A DNA stretch of 64,000 nucleotides from Malacoraja senta (lineage: Eukaryota). Under the pieces are notes generated by a model. The model did no database searches. It was not told where the DNA came from and saw only the letters and a list, made by a program, of their open reading frames with translations. A program made the position numbers and the translations under genes. The stretch covers positions 7,380,001 through 7,444,000 of the forward strand of contig CM075995.1 in assembly GCA_038087875.1 (NCBI GenBank), given 5' to 3'. The first letter of the stretch is position 1. Each line of letters begins with the position of its first letter. This document shows positions 36,985-50,862 of this stretch, one piece after another.

Positions 36985-37460
36985 GAGTACAGAGGAGATT
37001 TACTAGAATGTTGCCTGGGTTTCAGCAACTAAGCAGAGAAAGGTTGAACAAGATAGGTCTTTATTCTTTGGAGCGCAGAAGGTTAAGGGGGGCTTGATAG
37101 AGGTCTTTAAAATGATGAGAGGGATAGACAGAGTTGACGTGGATAAGCTTTTTCCATTGAGAATAGGGAAGATTCAAGCAAGAGGATTTGATTTGAGAAT
37201 TAAGGGACAGAAGTTTAGGGGTAACACGAGGGGGAACATCTTTACTCAGAGAGTGGTAGCTGTGTGGAATGAGCTTCCAGTGGAAGTGGCGGAGGCAGGT
37301 TCATTTTTATCATTTAAAAATAAATTGGATAGGTATATGGACGGGAAAGGAATGGAGGGTTATGGTCTGAGTGCAGGTAGATGGGACTAGGTGAGAGTAA
37401 GTGTTCGGCACGGACTAGAAGGGCCGAGATGGCCTGTTTCCGTGCTGTAATTGTTATATG
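36985..37460 (+). mobile_element. CR1 LINE 3' fragment (third subfamily; another copy at ~8079-8423)
   Basis: IEVFKMMRGIDRVD...WNELP motifs. Confidence 0.88.
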
Positions 37461-38509
37461 GGAACAAGGAAAGGCAAACTCGTGATGATGAAACTGAGTG
37501 GGGCATTTTATTCCAGGCTATCCTTGCAGTGAGGAATGCTTTAACAAAGCACTTGCTGGCAGCACTCCAGCCATGGATCTTGGAACGGCTGTGCCTAGTG
37601 AGTAAACTAGGTCACACACAGCTCAGTCAGTTAGCAACAGGAGCCGCAAGGAGGATGGCAAGTCGCAGCCAATCGCACCGTCGCAGGAAATTGAGAGCAC
37701 TTACACGCTTGCGATAGTCCCAGCCTCAACCACCATCTCTGGCAGCTCGTCCCAGGCACCCACCACCCTTTGTGTGGAAAAAGTCACCCCTCAGATTCCT
37801 ATTAAATCTTTTCCCCTTCACCTTGAACCTATCTATGTCCTCTGGTCCTCGACGCATCTACCCACCCGATCTATTCCCCTCAGGATTTTGTACACCTCTA
37901 TAAGATCACCCCTCTTTCTCCTGCGCTCCAAGGAATAGAGACCCAGCCTACTCAACCTCTCCCTATAGCTCACAGCCTCTAGTCCTGGCAATATCCTTGT
38001 ATTAGCATTAATCCTAGCAATATCATCTGGCTATTACACTCAACTCAAACAAAACTCTGAACATTAAAAGCCCATTGCACTTTATCTGTTGTTTATGTGT
38101 GTGGGTATATATATATATATATAATGGTATATGGACACATTGATCTGTTCTGTAGTCATGCCTACTATGTTCTGTTGTGCTGAAGCAAAGCAAGAATTTC
38201 ATTGCCCTATCTGGGACACATGACAATGAACTCTCTTGAATCTTGAATCTTGAATTCTCATCAATTCATAATCCCTAGACTGAAGATAGACACAAATTGC
38301 TGGAGTAACTCTGCGGATCAGGCCTTTCTTCAGACTAAGGTAGACAAAAATGCTGGAGAAACTCAGCGGGTGCAGCAGCATCTATGGAGCGAAGGAAATA
38401 GGCAACGTTTCGGGCCCGAAACCCTTCTTCAGACTACTATGCAGTTCCTTCCTGCACATTCCTAAGACTGAATCGGGTGACGCTGGTATGTTGTTTTGCA
38501 AGTTCCCTT

Positions 38510-39450
38510 GTAACTATGACGACAGGGAAAGGACTTTGCAATTGAGGCGTTGCATTTTGGGAAGTCTAACAAGGGCAGGACCGACACAGTGAACGGCAGG
38601 GCTCTGGGTAGTGTTGTAGAGCGGAGGGATCTAGGAGTACAGGTGCATGGTTCCCTTGAAGGTCGAGTCGCAGGTAGATAAGGTGGTCAACAAGGCTTCT
38701 GGCACTTTGGCCTTCATCAGTCAGAGTGTAAAGTTAGGAGGTCATGTTGCAGTTGTGTAAGACGTTGGTGAGGCCGCATTTAGAGTATTGTGTTCAGTTC
38801 TGTGCACCGTGTTATAGGAAAGATGGTGTCAAGCTGGAAAGGGTACAGAGAAGATTTACAAGGATGTTGCCAGGACTAGAGGGTCTGTAGGGAGAGGTTG
38901 AGTAGGCTGGGTCTCTATTCCTTGGAGCGCAGGAGGATGAGGGGTGATCTTATAGAGGTGTACAAAATCATGAGAGGACTAGATCGGGTAGACGCACAGA
39001 GTCTCTTGCCCAGAGTATCGCTCTTCCCATCAGAACTGCCCCCTCCATCGACTCCTTTAAGTCGAGACTAAAAAACCCATCTGTATTCCCAAGCCCTTCT
39101 TGACGCCCTCTGAGGTCTATATGTATGTAGTTTGTTTGTTTATACTATTCTTATAACAAATGTAAAGCACTTTGGCCAACGAGAGTTGTTTTTTAAATGT
39201 GCTATATAAATAAATGTGACTTGACTTGACTTGACAGAGTAGGGTAATCGAGGGCCAGAGGACATAGGTTTAAGGTGAAGGGGAAAAGATTTAATAGGAA
39301 TCCGAGGGGTAACTTTTTCACACAAAGGGTGGTGGGTGTATGGAACAAGCTGCCAGATGAGGTAGTTGAGGCTGGGACTATCCCCCAACATTTAAGAAAC
39401 ATTTAGGCAGGTACGTGGATAGGACAGGTTTGGAGGGATATGGACCAAAC
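38510..39450 (+). mobile_element. CR1 LINE fragment with nested L2 3' end (39018-39234)
   Basis: CR1 coding motifs continue across the insert. The insert has an L2 tail (acttg)n and TSD cagagta (39011-39017 / 39235-39241). Confidence 0.85.
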
Positions 39451-39828
39451 GGAGGGTGGGTATTCTCCGGGTGTTGTATTTAGTTTAGTTTAGAGCTACA
39501 ATGCGGAAACAGGCCCTTCGGCCCATCGGGTCAGCGCCGACCAGCGGTCCCCGCATATTAATACTATCCTATACCCAGTAGGGACAATTTACAATTTAAG
39601 CGAAGCCTATTAACCTACAAACCTTCACGTCTTTGGAATGTGGGAGGAAACCGGAGCACCCGGAGAAAACTCTCGTCTCCGTTCTAAATGGCTTACTCCT
39701 TATTCTTAAACTGTGGCCCTTGGTTCTGGACTCCCCCCAACATCAGGAACATGTTTCCTGATGGTCTATGAGAACATAGGTCTCCCGTATTAATCCAGAA
39801 TCTACAGCATCTATCTCTTCCTTTAAGA

Positions 39829-41096
39829 CCGTGGTCGGCAACCTACGGCCCCCGGGCCGAATGCGGCCCATAACCCGAAATCATCCGGCCTGCAGGCGTT
39901 TTTCTTTTCCGTAGTCATCTGGCCCGCAGACTTCCGTCATCTCCGGTACCTCCCGGGCCCGCAGCGCCCAGGCGCGATGACGCAAGGAGGCCTGAGCTGG
40001 CATCCGCAATTGCTGAGCGCCCGAGCGCCGAGCTCTGTCTGTACCGCATCCTGCTCAGGGCCGCCGGCACGGCCGCGCACCTTCTGTGTCTGCGCTTCAC
40101 TGTCGGGATCGGGGTTGTCAATAGGCCGGGGACGAGTGAGTGTGGGTATTTGAGCCACCGTCTTCAGGACAGAGGCAAGGCAATGGTCCGTAGGTGCGCC
40201 ATGTTGGTGAGCGCCCGTAACTAGGGGCGCCATGTTGGTGAGCGCCCGTAACTAGGGGTGCCATGTTGGTGAGCGCCCGTAACTAGGGGCGCCATGTTGG
40301 TGAGCGCCCGTAACTAGGGGCGCCATGTTGGTGAGCGCCCGTAACTAGGGGCGCCATGTTGGTGAGCGCCCGTAACTAGGGGCGCCATGTTGGTGAGCGC
40401 CCGTAACTAGGGGCGCCATGTTGGTGAGCGCCCGTAACTAGGGGCGCCATGTTGGTGAGCGCCCGTAACTAGGGGCGCCATGTTGGTGAGCGCCCGTAAC
40501 TAGGGGCGCCATGTTGGTGAGCGCCCGTAACTAGGGGTGCCATGTTGGTGAGCGCCCGGAACTAGGGGTGCCATGTTGGTGAGCGCCCGTAACTAGGGGC
40601 GCCATGTTGGTGAGCGCCCGTAACTAGGGGCGCCATGTTGGTGAGCGCCCGTAACTAGGGGCGCCATGTTGGTGAGCGCCCGTAACTAGGGGCGCCATGT
40701 TGGTGAGCGCCCGAAACTAGGGGCGCCATGTTGGTGAGCGCCCGTAACTAGGGGCGCCATGTTGGTGAGCGCCCGTAACTAGGGGCGCCATGTTGGTGAG
40801 CGCCCGTAACTAGGGGCGCCATGTTGGTGAGCGCCCGTAACTAGGGGCGCCATGTTGGTGAGCGCCCGTAACTAGGGGCGCCATGTTGGTGAGCGCCCGT
40901 AACTAGGGGCGCCATGTTGGTGAGCGCCCGAAACTAGGGGGGCAGTGCTTCTCGAGCGGGCGGGATCTATGTGAACACGTGATTTGATGCCTGCCATCCG
41001 GGGCGGGATCCATGTGTACACGTGATAGATGGGGCCCGCCATCCGCTCACAGACTTGCGTCCTGGCCCCTATGCAGAACAAGGTTGCCCACCCCTG
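39829..41096. mobile_element. Non-autonomous hAT (Charlie-like) DNA transposon containing a 31-bp tandem array
   Basis: Imperfect TIRs ccgtggtcggcaacct / aggttgcccacccctg; 8-bp TSD ctttaaga (39821-39828) / ctttaaaa (41097-41104). Confidence 0.8.
40196..40940. repeat. 31-bp minisatellite (gccatgttggtgagcgcccgtaactaggggc)n, ~24 near-identical copies
   Basis: Period 31 read directly; only a few single-base variants. Confidence 0.97.
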
Positions 41097-41887
41097 CTTT
41101 AAAATATTCACAGCCATCAGCAGCATCTGTGAATTCCACAGATTCCCCACCCTCTGACTAAAGAAATTTCTCCTCATCTCCTTCCTAAAAGAACGTCCTT
41201 TAATTCTGAGACTAAGACCTCTGGTCCTGGACTCTCCCAACAGTGGAAACATCCTCTCCACATCCACTCCATCCGTTCCTTTCACTATTTATGTCTGTTT
41301 CTATGAGCTCCCCCCCCTCATCCTTCTTGTATATAGATGTGCAAAGATAATTTACAATTTACAATTATACCAAGCCAATTCACCTACAAACCTGCACGTC
41401 TTTGGAGTGTGGGAGGAAACCGGAGCACCCGGAGAAAACCCACGCAGGTCACGGGTAGGACGTACAAACTCCGTACAGACAGCACCCGCAGTCAGGATCG
41501 AACCCGGGTCACTGGCGCTGGGAGGCAGCAACTCTACCGCTGCACCACCGGGCCACCCTGAGTCCAGGGAAACCTTTCCCAAGATGGCGTCCAACCCAGG
41601 CCACTCTTTGTGCGGTGATCACAGAGAAATGAAACTGTCACTGTATGTCATGTTGTTACTTGTGGGCGGAGCACCAAGGCAAATTCCTTGTATGTGAATA
41701 CTTGGCCAATAAACTTACTTACAATGACGCATTACAATCGCTCCCCCACTTTTAAAATCTATACATTGTGGACGGCTGGATTGTAATCATGTATTGTCTT
41801 TCCGCTGACTGGATAGAACGCAACAAAAGCTTTTCACTGTACCTCGGTACATGTGACGATATACTAAACTGAACTAAACTAAACCTA

Positions 41888-42522
41888 GTACCAAGAGGAA
41901 TCGAATATCGGAGCAAAGAGGTCCTTCTGCAGTTGTACAGGGCCCTAGTGAGACCACACCTGGAGTATTGTGTGCAGTTTTGGTCCCCTAATTTGAGGAA
42001 GGACATTCTTGCTATTGAGGGAGTGCAGCGTAGGTTTACAAGGTTAATTCCCGGGATGGCGGGACTGTCATATGCTGAGAGAATGGAGCGGCTGGGCTTG
42101 TACACTCTGGAGTTTAGAAGGATGAGAGGGAATCTCATTGAAACATATAAGATTGTTAAGGGCTTGGACACACTAGGGGCAGGAAACATGTTCCCGATGT
42201 TGGGGGAGTCCAGAACCAGGGGCCACAGTTTAAGAATAAGGAGTAAGCCATTTAGAACGGAGACGAGGAAACACTTTTTCTCACAGAGAGTGGTGAGTCT
42301 GTGGAATTCTCTGCCTCAGAGGGCGGTGGAGGCAGGTTCTCTGGATGCTTTCAAGAGAGAGCTAGATAGGGCTCTTAAAGATAGCGGAGTCAGGGGATAT
42401 GGAGAGAAGGCAGGAACAGGGTACTGATTGGGGATGATCAGCCATGATCACATTGAATGGCGGTGCTGGCTCGAAGGGCCGAATGGCTTGCTCCTGCACC
42501 TATTGTCTATTGTCTATTGTCT
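41888..42522 (+). mobile_element. CR1 LINE 3' fragment (young subfamily)
   Basis: Uninterrupted ORF 41933..42427; ctattgt tail. Confidence 0.92.
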
Positions 42523-44724
42523 AGTAAGCTACCTAGGTTGTCGTGAACATACATCAAAGTGAACTTAGGACGAACATTTACAATCTCTCCCTAATATTGA
42601 CACAAAAAGCTGGAGTAACTCAGCGGGTCGGACAGCAACTCTGGAGAAAAGGAATAGGTGACAATTCGGGTTGAGACGAGTCTGAAGAAGGGTCTCAACC
42701 CAAAACGTCACCTATTCCTTCCCCCAAAGATGTATTCCCGGGGTGGCGGGACTGTCATATGTTGATAGAATGGAGCGGCTGGGCTTGGAATTTAGAAGGA
42801 TGAGAGGGAATCTTATTGAAACAAATAAGATTATTAAGGGATTGGACACGCTAGAGGCCGTGAAACATGTTCCCGATGTTGGGGGAGTCCAGAACCAGGG
42901 GCCACAGTTTAAGAATAAGGGGTAAGCCATTTAGAACGGAGATGAGGAAACACTTTTTCACACAGAGAGTTGTGAGTCTGTGGAATTCTCTGCCTCAGAA
43001 AAAAACACTGTGGTTTGGAAGGATGAAAGCGAAGAACTCGGAGAAAACCCACGCAGGTCACGGGGAGAACGCACAAACTCCGTACAGACAGCGCCCGTCG
43101 TCGGGATCGAACCGGGGTCTCTGGCGCTGTGAGTGCTGTAAGGCTGCAACTCTACCCAAGATTCTAGAAGGATGAGGCGGTGAATCTGTGGAATTCATTT
43201 TTGCCACAGAAAGCTGTGGAGGCCAAGTCAATGGATATTTTTAAGTTGGAGATTGACAGATTCTTGATTAGTGCGGGCGTATGGGGTTACGGGGAGAAGG
43301 CAGGAGAATGGGGTTGAGAGGGAAAGATAGATCAGCCATGATTGTGTGGCGGAATAAACTTGATGGGCCGAATGGCCTAATTCTGCTCCTAGGTCTTATA
43401 GACTAATGAACTCCAGGATTACCTAATACTTTAAGAAAATGGAATCAATATTACGATGACTCACTCAGTATTAGATATTTATTCTGAGAAAGCACAATGC
43501 CAATTCAGCACTGCTTTTTACTTTGATCAATAAAGGAGTTATTAATTTTAATAAATTTCCTCCTTCACCCATAAGTCAAGGTTTAGTGAATTCATGTTCA
43601 TAAACTCACAAGTTATAGGAGCAGAATTAGGCCATTCAGCCCATCGAGTCTACTCCGCCATTCAATCATGGCTGATCTATCTCTCCCTCTCAACCCCATT
43701 CTCCTGCCTTCTCCCCATAATCTCCGACACCCGTACTAATCAAGAATCTACCAATCTCTGCCTTAAAAATATCCACTGACTTGGCCTCCACAGCCGTCTG
43801 TGGCAATGAATTCCACAGATTCACCACCCTCTGACTAAAGAAATTCCTCCTCATCTCCATCCTAATAGAATGTTCTTTAATTCTGAGGTTGTGGCCTCTG
43901 GTCCTAGACTCTCCCACTGGTGGAAACATCCTCTCCACATCCACTCTATCGGGGGGCCTTTCACTATTCGAGGGGAAAGATTTAATAGGAACCTGCGGGA
44001 TAACCTTTTTCATTCAAAAGGGTGGTGGGTGTACGGAACGAGCTGCCGGAGGAGGTACTTGTGGCTGGGACTATCGCAACATTTAAGAAACATTTAGACA
44101 GGTACATGGATAGGACAGGTTTGGAGGGATATGACCCAAACGCAAGCAGGTGGGACTAGTGTAGCTGGGACATGTTGGTCGGTGTGGGCAAGTTGGGCCG
44201 AGGGGCCTGTTTCCAGGCTGTATCATTCTATGATTCTATGCTATGAATTGGCCCAGACTTCACCCTTTCACACTGGTTCTGTTATCCCATTTTCTCATCC
44301 ACTGCCTGGGGTGAAGGAAAGAGCGTTCACGTCGCGGCCCTGTGTCCACCAATCTTTCCACCACCACACACAAGAAGCACAAGAAGTGACAAGACAGACA
44401 CCGTTGTACGCAGATGCCGAGAAGTGGGTTCAGCTCTGGCTGAACAACTTCTAATCTTGTGTGCGGACTCATGTTCAAGTTACAGGAGCAGAAGTAGGCC
44501 ATTTGGCCCATCGAGTCTACTCCGCCATTCAATCATGGCTGATCTATCTTTCTTTCTGTCTCAACCCCATTCTCCTGCCTTCTCACCATAACCCCTGACA
44601 CCCGTACTAATCAAGAATCTGTCAGTCTCTGCCTTAAAAATACCCAAAAGTGTCTAGGACTAGAGGTCATAGCCTCAATATTAAAGGACGTTCTTTTAGG
44701 AAGGAGATGAGAAGAAACTTCCTT

Positions 44725-45130
44725 AAGGGGCTGTCCCACTGCGGGGACCTAAGTCGCGAGTTTAGAAGAGTTTGCCCTCGACTCATACTCGCAGCATGGT
44801 CGACACGAGGTCCTAGGAGGTCTTTGTAACTCTCCTTCATGCTCGAGAGTGGTCCCCGCGTACTCGAGGCCTCAGTTAGGTCCCGGCGTTTTTTTTAAGC
44901 AAGCTGAAAAATGCCCGCGAGTAAAAAAAGGTCGCCATGGAAAAAAAAAAAATCGATGTTTTTTTAATCGTAGGTTTAGTCGAGGTAGGTCGTAGGTAAT
45001 CGAAGGCAATCGAAGGTAGTCGAAGGTAATAGCTCGTTGAGAAAAAAAAGGTAAGTAGAAAAAAGTAAACAGCAGCACGTGATGCCCTGTCATACAAGGG
45101 CGTGTTCATTCATAGCTAGAGAGGTTTTTG
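44725..45130. mobile_element. PIF/Harbinger-like MITE, one-ended copy
   Basis: aggggctgtcccact terminus and body homologous to 60059-60468; second TIR not found. Confidence 0.7.
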
Positions 45131-45448
45131 GAGGAGTCAGACTTGTTGTGAGATGGCACCAAAGAAAAGGCAACAGCGCAGGATAAGAAGATGGGAAGAA
45201 GAAGATCCACTCCCGCACACTAGGGGCAGTATACAGAGGGCCAATTAACCTACAAACCTGTACGTCTCGGGGATGTGAGAGGAAACCAGGGCACCCGGAG
45301 AAAACCCACGCAGGTCAAGGGGAGAACGTACAAACTCTGCACAGACAGCACCTGAGGTCAGGATTGAACCCGCGCAGTGAGGCAGCGGTTCGACCAGCTA
45401 CACCGCCTTTGCTGCCCAATATAACAAGTTCCGCATTAAGTAGACGAT

Positions 45449-45750
45449 GGGCGGCACGGTGGCGCAGCGGTAGAGTTGCTGCCGTACAGCGCCAGAGACC
45501 CCAGGTTCGATCCTGACTACGGGTGTGTAGTTTGCACGCTCTCCCCATGACCACGTGGGTTTTCTCCGGGCGCTCCGGTTTCCTCCCACTCTCCGAAGTC
45601 GTGTAGGTTTGTAGGCTAATTGGCTTCGGTAAAATTGCAAATTGTCGCTAGTGTGTAGGATAGTGCTAGTGTACGGAATGATCGCTGGTTGGGGCGGACT
45701 CGATGGGCCGAAGGGCCTGTTTCCACGCTGTATTTCTCAACTAAACTAAA
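45449..45750 (+). mobile_element. tRNA-derived V-SINE (HE1-like), near full length
   Basis: A/B boxes, V-domain, CR1-like tail. Confidence 0.85.
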
Positions 45751-45892
45751 TGGTTCAAAGTCAATGGAAGAAGTTTTAAGCTCAGCAGTTCTTTTCAGTA
45801 ACAATAAATCAATCTTGCTTACATAATGTCACAATGTCCTAGATACCTGCTTGCCGACGCACCAACAAATCGTGTATATGGGGACCTTACTT

Positions 45893-46274
45893 CATATAAG
45901 ATTGTTAAGGGCTTGGACACACTAGAGGCAGGAAACATGTTCCCGATGTTGGGGGAGTCCAGAACCAGGGGCCACACAGTTTAAGAATAAGGAGTAAACC
46001 ATTTAGAACGGAGACGAGGAAACACTTTTTCTCACAGAGAGTGGTGAGTCTGTGGAATTCTCTGCCTCAGAGGGCGGTGGAGGCCAGTTCTCTGGATGCT
46101 TTCAAGAGAGAGCTAGATAGGGCTCTTAAAAATAGTGGAGTCAGGGGATATGGGGAGAAGGCAGGAACGGGGTACTGATTGGGGATGATCAGCCATGATC
46201 ACATTGAATGGCGGTGCTGGCTCGAAGGGCCGAATGGCCTACTCCTGCACCTATTGTCTATTGTCTATTGTCTA
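45893..46274 (+). mobile_element. CR1 LINE 3' fragment (young subfamily)
   Basis: Near-identical to the 3' part of 41888-42522. Confidence 0.9.
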
Positions 46275-47812
46275 TCGTTCAAAGTTGCCTTTCCCGAGCT
46301 TCGTTTTATGCTTAATTGTTGAGCCAATGTTGGGGAAACCCACGCAGGTAACATACCCTGCACTTACAGTCAAGGCTTGAAGCAGGGCAACACGGTGGCG
46401 CAGACCAGAGCAGCCCGGTTCGATCCTGACCACGGGTGCTGTCTGTACGGAGTTTGCACGTTCTCCCCGTGACCTGCGTGGGTTTTCTCCGGGTGCTCCG
46501 GTTTCCTCCCACACTCCAAAGACGTGCGGGTTTGTTGGTTAATTGGCTTCGATAAAATTGTAAATTGTCCCTAGTGAGTGTGTGTGTTAGTGTTAGCGTA
46601 CGGATTGATAGTAAGATTAAACGAGAACTTACCAGTTTGAAGTTTGATCTTTATTTTATGAGGAGTTGCGTTGAGGGATTACGTGAAGACCCCCGCCAGC
46701 ACGCATGCGTGTCAATCTTCAAAGCAGCGGTGTGAAATCACAGATAACAGTAGTCGAACTAAACATAGTAAGATAAGAGAACTAGAATACCAGCTGACCT
46801 TTATGATAGAGGGTTGGGAGCGGAGGGCACGTAATCCCTCAACGCAACTCCTCATAAAATAAAGATCAAACTTCAAACTGGTAAGTTCTCGTTTAATCTT
46901 ACTATTTTACTTCGGAGTCACGTGAGTGACTACGTGAAGATTTTAAAGCTCTGCGATTTCATGCCGTGGAAACGAGTCCATGCATCATACACTGCATCAG
47001 TTGACCAATGATGAATGAACATTAATAATGCATTCAGACATGACATAGATATAGACATGTTGATGCTTTTAATGAACAAATAATGACAATAGTAACCTCC
47101 CTCAACCGGGAGGAAGCTATGAAACAGACCTAAAATAAAGTTGGCAAATACCCCCAATCTGGCAATGGGTTTATTCTGAATATTTGGACAGATCGTTTGT
47201 TTGACCATCCTGCAGCCGCTAGGATGTGGTCCATAACCCTGCTGCTGAGGTTGTTGCAGCCCTGGTGGAGTGAGACTTGAAAATGTCAATGTTCACTCCT
47301 GTATAAGCCAGACCCGTTTAACCCCCTGGAGATGGTCTGTAGTGATACCTTCTAACGAGGTTTTATGTAACTAACAATATTGCTAGTCAGAGTCTATAAG
47401 GCTCTAAGGGACCTTAACATATTGGTGTAGATGCATGATCACACTCAACCCAAGGTCCATGGGATATGCAAACATCTAGTTTGGTCTTATGTCCCTGTCT
47501 ACTCTGCTTGACTTAGTCATAAACATAACATGTTATTATTGCCCGCAGATATGATCATCCTATCCAGTGTAGCTTATGCAATGACTGGACCCGTTGCGCT
47601 GTACTCAACGCCATGGCATAACCACTAGTATGTGAGTTTGACCAAGGACAGGGATGTTGCTGGAGCCCATCAGCGAAGTGACGTAGCACAATGTTAACAA
47701 CCCATATCTCTACGTCCCTGGGCCTGGGAGGTTTTGAGTTGACGATACCCTTCATAATCTAGATGTCAGAGGGTGAGACCCAACAGAGTGGTTTCTGTTC
47801 CACGCAGCCAAG

Positions 47813-49915
47813 TTTTTTTTAATTTATTTCAAAATAGACTTTATTCAAGTAATAAATATATACAATACGTGAACCGTGCGAAACATTCATCCGACATTTT
47901 CGGAGGCTATACAAATTGTTCAATGCAGTTAATACATTTTTTTCCCAATTCCACAGATCCGTCCCCCACCCGTGCCACTCACGTGGCCCCCTGGCATGGG
48001 ATACCTTCCCTTATGTTGAGGGGCGTCTCCACCATACCGTGCTCCCCCATGTCCAGCAGCGGAAGGACCCTAGACTGTGGCCCTCCCCCACCGTGCCTTG
48101 GCGTTGGCTGCACCGAGCTTCAGCGCGTCCCTCAGCATGTACTCCTGCAGTCTGCAGCGGGCCAGTCGGCAACATTCCCTGACGGACATCTCGCTCCGCT
48201 GGGTGGTGAACAACGCTCGGGCAGACCAAAGAGCGTCTTTCACCGAGTTCATGACCCTCCAGCAGCACTCGATGTCAGTCTCTGAATGTGTCCCTGGGAA
48301 CAGTCCGTAAATCACAGAGTCCTCTGTGACGGAGCTGTTCGGGATAAAGCGTTCCAGGGACCCTTGCAGACTTCTCCAGACTCTTTTTGCAAATCCACAC
48401 TCTGCAAAGAGGTGGGCAACCGTCTCCTCTCCATAGCAGCCGTCCCGAGGGCAGCGTGCGCTGGCAGTGAGGTTCCGACGGTGCAGGAAGGATCTGACTG
48501 GGAGGGCTCCCCTCACCGCCAGCCAAGCCAGGTCTTGGTGCTTGTTGGTGAGTTCTGGCGATGAGGCATTTTGCCAGACAAGCTGGGCAGTCTGCTCTGG
48601 GAACCACACCACCGGATCCATCGAGTCCTTTCCCTGCAGTGCCTGCAGGATGTTCCGTGCTGACCACTGCCCAATGGACATGTGGTCAAAGGTGTTGGTC
48701 CGGAAGAACCTTTCCACGAGCGACAGATGGGGCGGCAATGTCCAGCTGACTGGCACATTGCGTGGCATCTGCGCCAGGCCCATTCTTCGCAACACCGGGG
48801 ACAGGTAGAACCTCAGCAGGTAGTGACACTTGGTGCCCATGTGCCTTGGCTCTACACTCCGCCTGATGCAGCCACACACAAAGGTGGCCTTCAGGGTGAG
48901 GGCGACGTTGGGCACACTTTTACCCCCGTTGTCTGCTGACTTGTACATTGTGGCCCGTCACACCCGGTCTATCCTCGACCCCCAGATGAACTGGAAGACG
49001 GCCCGGGTGATCCCTGTGGCGTAGGAGGGATGGACAGGCCACACTTGCGCCAAGTACAGCAGCCCCGAGAGCACCTCACACCTGATGACCAAATTTGTTC
49101 CGGTTATGGAGAAGGAGCGTTGCTTCCGCTCCAGCCAATTCTTGTTACACACCTCAGCCCCCCCGAACCAGATCCCCAGCACCCTCAAGAAGTCAGGCTT
49201 GATGGTGAAGGGGACAGAAGTTCGGTCGGGCCAGTTGCCAAAGACCAATGGCCTCGCTCTTCCTGCGGTTCACCCCGGCTCCCGTGGCCGACTCAAACTG
49301 GTCGCAGATACTAATCAGTCTGCGGACCGACCCTGGATCCGAGCAGAAGACAGCGACATCGTCCATGTACAGGGAGGTTTTGACTTGAGTGCCCCCACTG
49401 CCTGGCAATGTCACTCCTCTTATGCTCGCATCCTTCCTGATGGACTCGGCAAAAGGTTCAATACAGCAGACAAACAAGACAGGAGAGAGAGGGCACCCCT
49501 GCCTGACTCCAGACCTTACAGGGAAACTGTCTGATTCCCACCCATTGATTTGGACTGCACTACGGATATTGGTGTAGAGCAGTTTGATCCAATTTCGGAT
49601 TCCCATCCCCAAAACCCATTTTGGAGAGCACGTCCCTCATGTACGTGTGCGATATCCTGTCGAAGGCCTTCTCCTGGTCCAAGCTGACTAGGCAGGCATC
49701 CACCCGTCTGTCCTGCACGTAGGCGATGGTGTCTCTCAGCAGCGCTAGGCTGTCTGAGATTTTCCTGCCAGGTACAGCACAGGTTTGGTCCGGGTGGATC
49801 ACCTGTCCCAGAGCAGACTTGACCCGGTTGGCGATGGCCTCAGACAGGATCTTATAATCTACATTCAGCAGTGTTATGGGTCTCCAATTCTTTATGTCCT
49901 TCATCTCCCCCTTCT
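47813..49915 (-). mobile_element. Tx1-clade (L1 group) LINE, 5'-truncated and frameshifted, nested in the DIRS
   Basis: KNWRPITLLNVDYKIL, LDQEKAFDR, GVRQGCPLSP, YMDD, CPRxxC..ETxxHLFxxC; poly(A) tail at ~47813-47820. Confidence 0.9.
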
Positions 49916-50759
49916 GAGGTACTTCAGGCACAGTAAATGGAACTTTAACTTAATGCTATAAAATCCCATATAAACTGAATTTCAAAGCGTCAGTCATCCG
50001 TGCCGAGTTAAATGTAAATAAGCATAAAACAAATACCTCCCATCTCCTTATGAGGAATGCTGCTATTTGGTGCTATCCCTGCAATATGCAGTGAGCACTT
50101 CCAAGGTTTTTGGTTTAACAACCCGAGCCGCAGGAACGGTCTGCAAGTCAATGAATTGATTATATCATGCAGAGGATGGTTTCCACATCACAGCTGAACC
50201 AGCAAATTTTTGTGTCCAGAACCAACCATGTGAGGTTTTTTGATCGTTCCCCACATCAGCGGGAACCATGGGTATATAAACCAGGCAGGCACTATGAAAA
50301 TGCCGGAAGCGGGAACTTGCTGAATTTTGCAAGACCTGTCCAATGAGGCCAAATGGAGGAAGACATAAAAGGACATTCCTCCCTAGTTATGAGAATGCAC
50401 CCATCGCCATTGATATGCCTCGTATTTTTCGGCAACTGGTGATTGACCCTGGATGCAAACATCTCGATCGTTAGTGTTCCATCGAACCACAATGTCATTA
50501 AATACTTTGTGATCGCACATCCATTCTGTGTTGTCATTGATTTTACATGAGAATACACCAGTGCTAAATGTGGTTAGGTAAACTAGCACCGGATACTTAG
50601 ATTTGATTGCACCCTTGTGATTAACATATACCACCACCAAAGTGTATCAACCTTGGACTTGTGCATGCAGATTATGCATATTCACACCCCCTTTAATGCA
50701 CAGAATGCACCTGGTGTCCATTGGCAGTTGATACCATAACTGAACAATTGATAACTCAT

Positions 50760-50862
50760 TGTTCAGTCTGAAGAAGGGTTTCGGCCCGAAACGTTGCCTA
50801 TTTCCTTCGCTCCATAGATGCTGCTGCACCCGCTGAGTTTCTCCAGCATTTTTGTGTACCAC
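50760..50862 (+). mobile_element. Solo PLE terminal-repeat insertion (~100 bp) with hammerhead motif (50768-50795), nested in the DIRS
   Basis: 15-bp direct repeat caattgataactcat (50745-50759 / 50863-50877); CUGAAGAAGGGUUUCGGCCCGAAACGUU. Confidence 0.8.

Noticed and set aside
40196..40940. CRISPR-like array (31-bp repeats with internal hairpin)
   Set aside because: Repeats are contiguous with no unique spacers, there are no cas genes, and the context is eukaryotic; it is a minisatellite in a hAT element.
41565..41592. Palindrome gggaaacctttccc plus caagatggcg as a regulatory site
   Set aside because: Isolated motif between repeats; adjacent sequence matches a dispersed repeat tail (cf. ~55280-55370), so there is no independent support.
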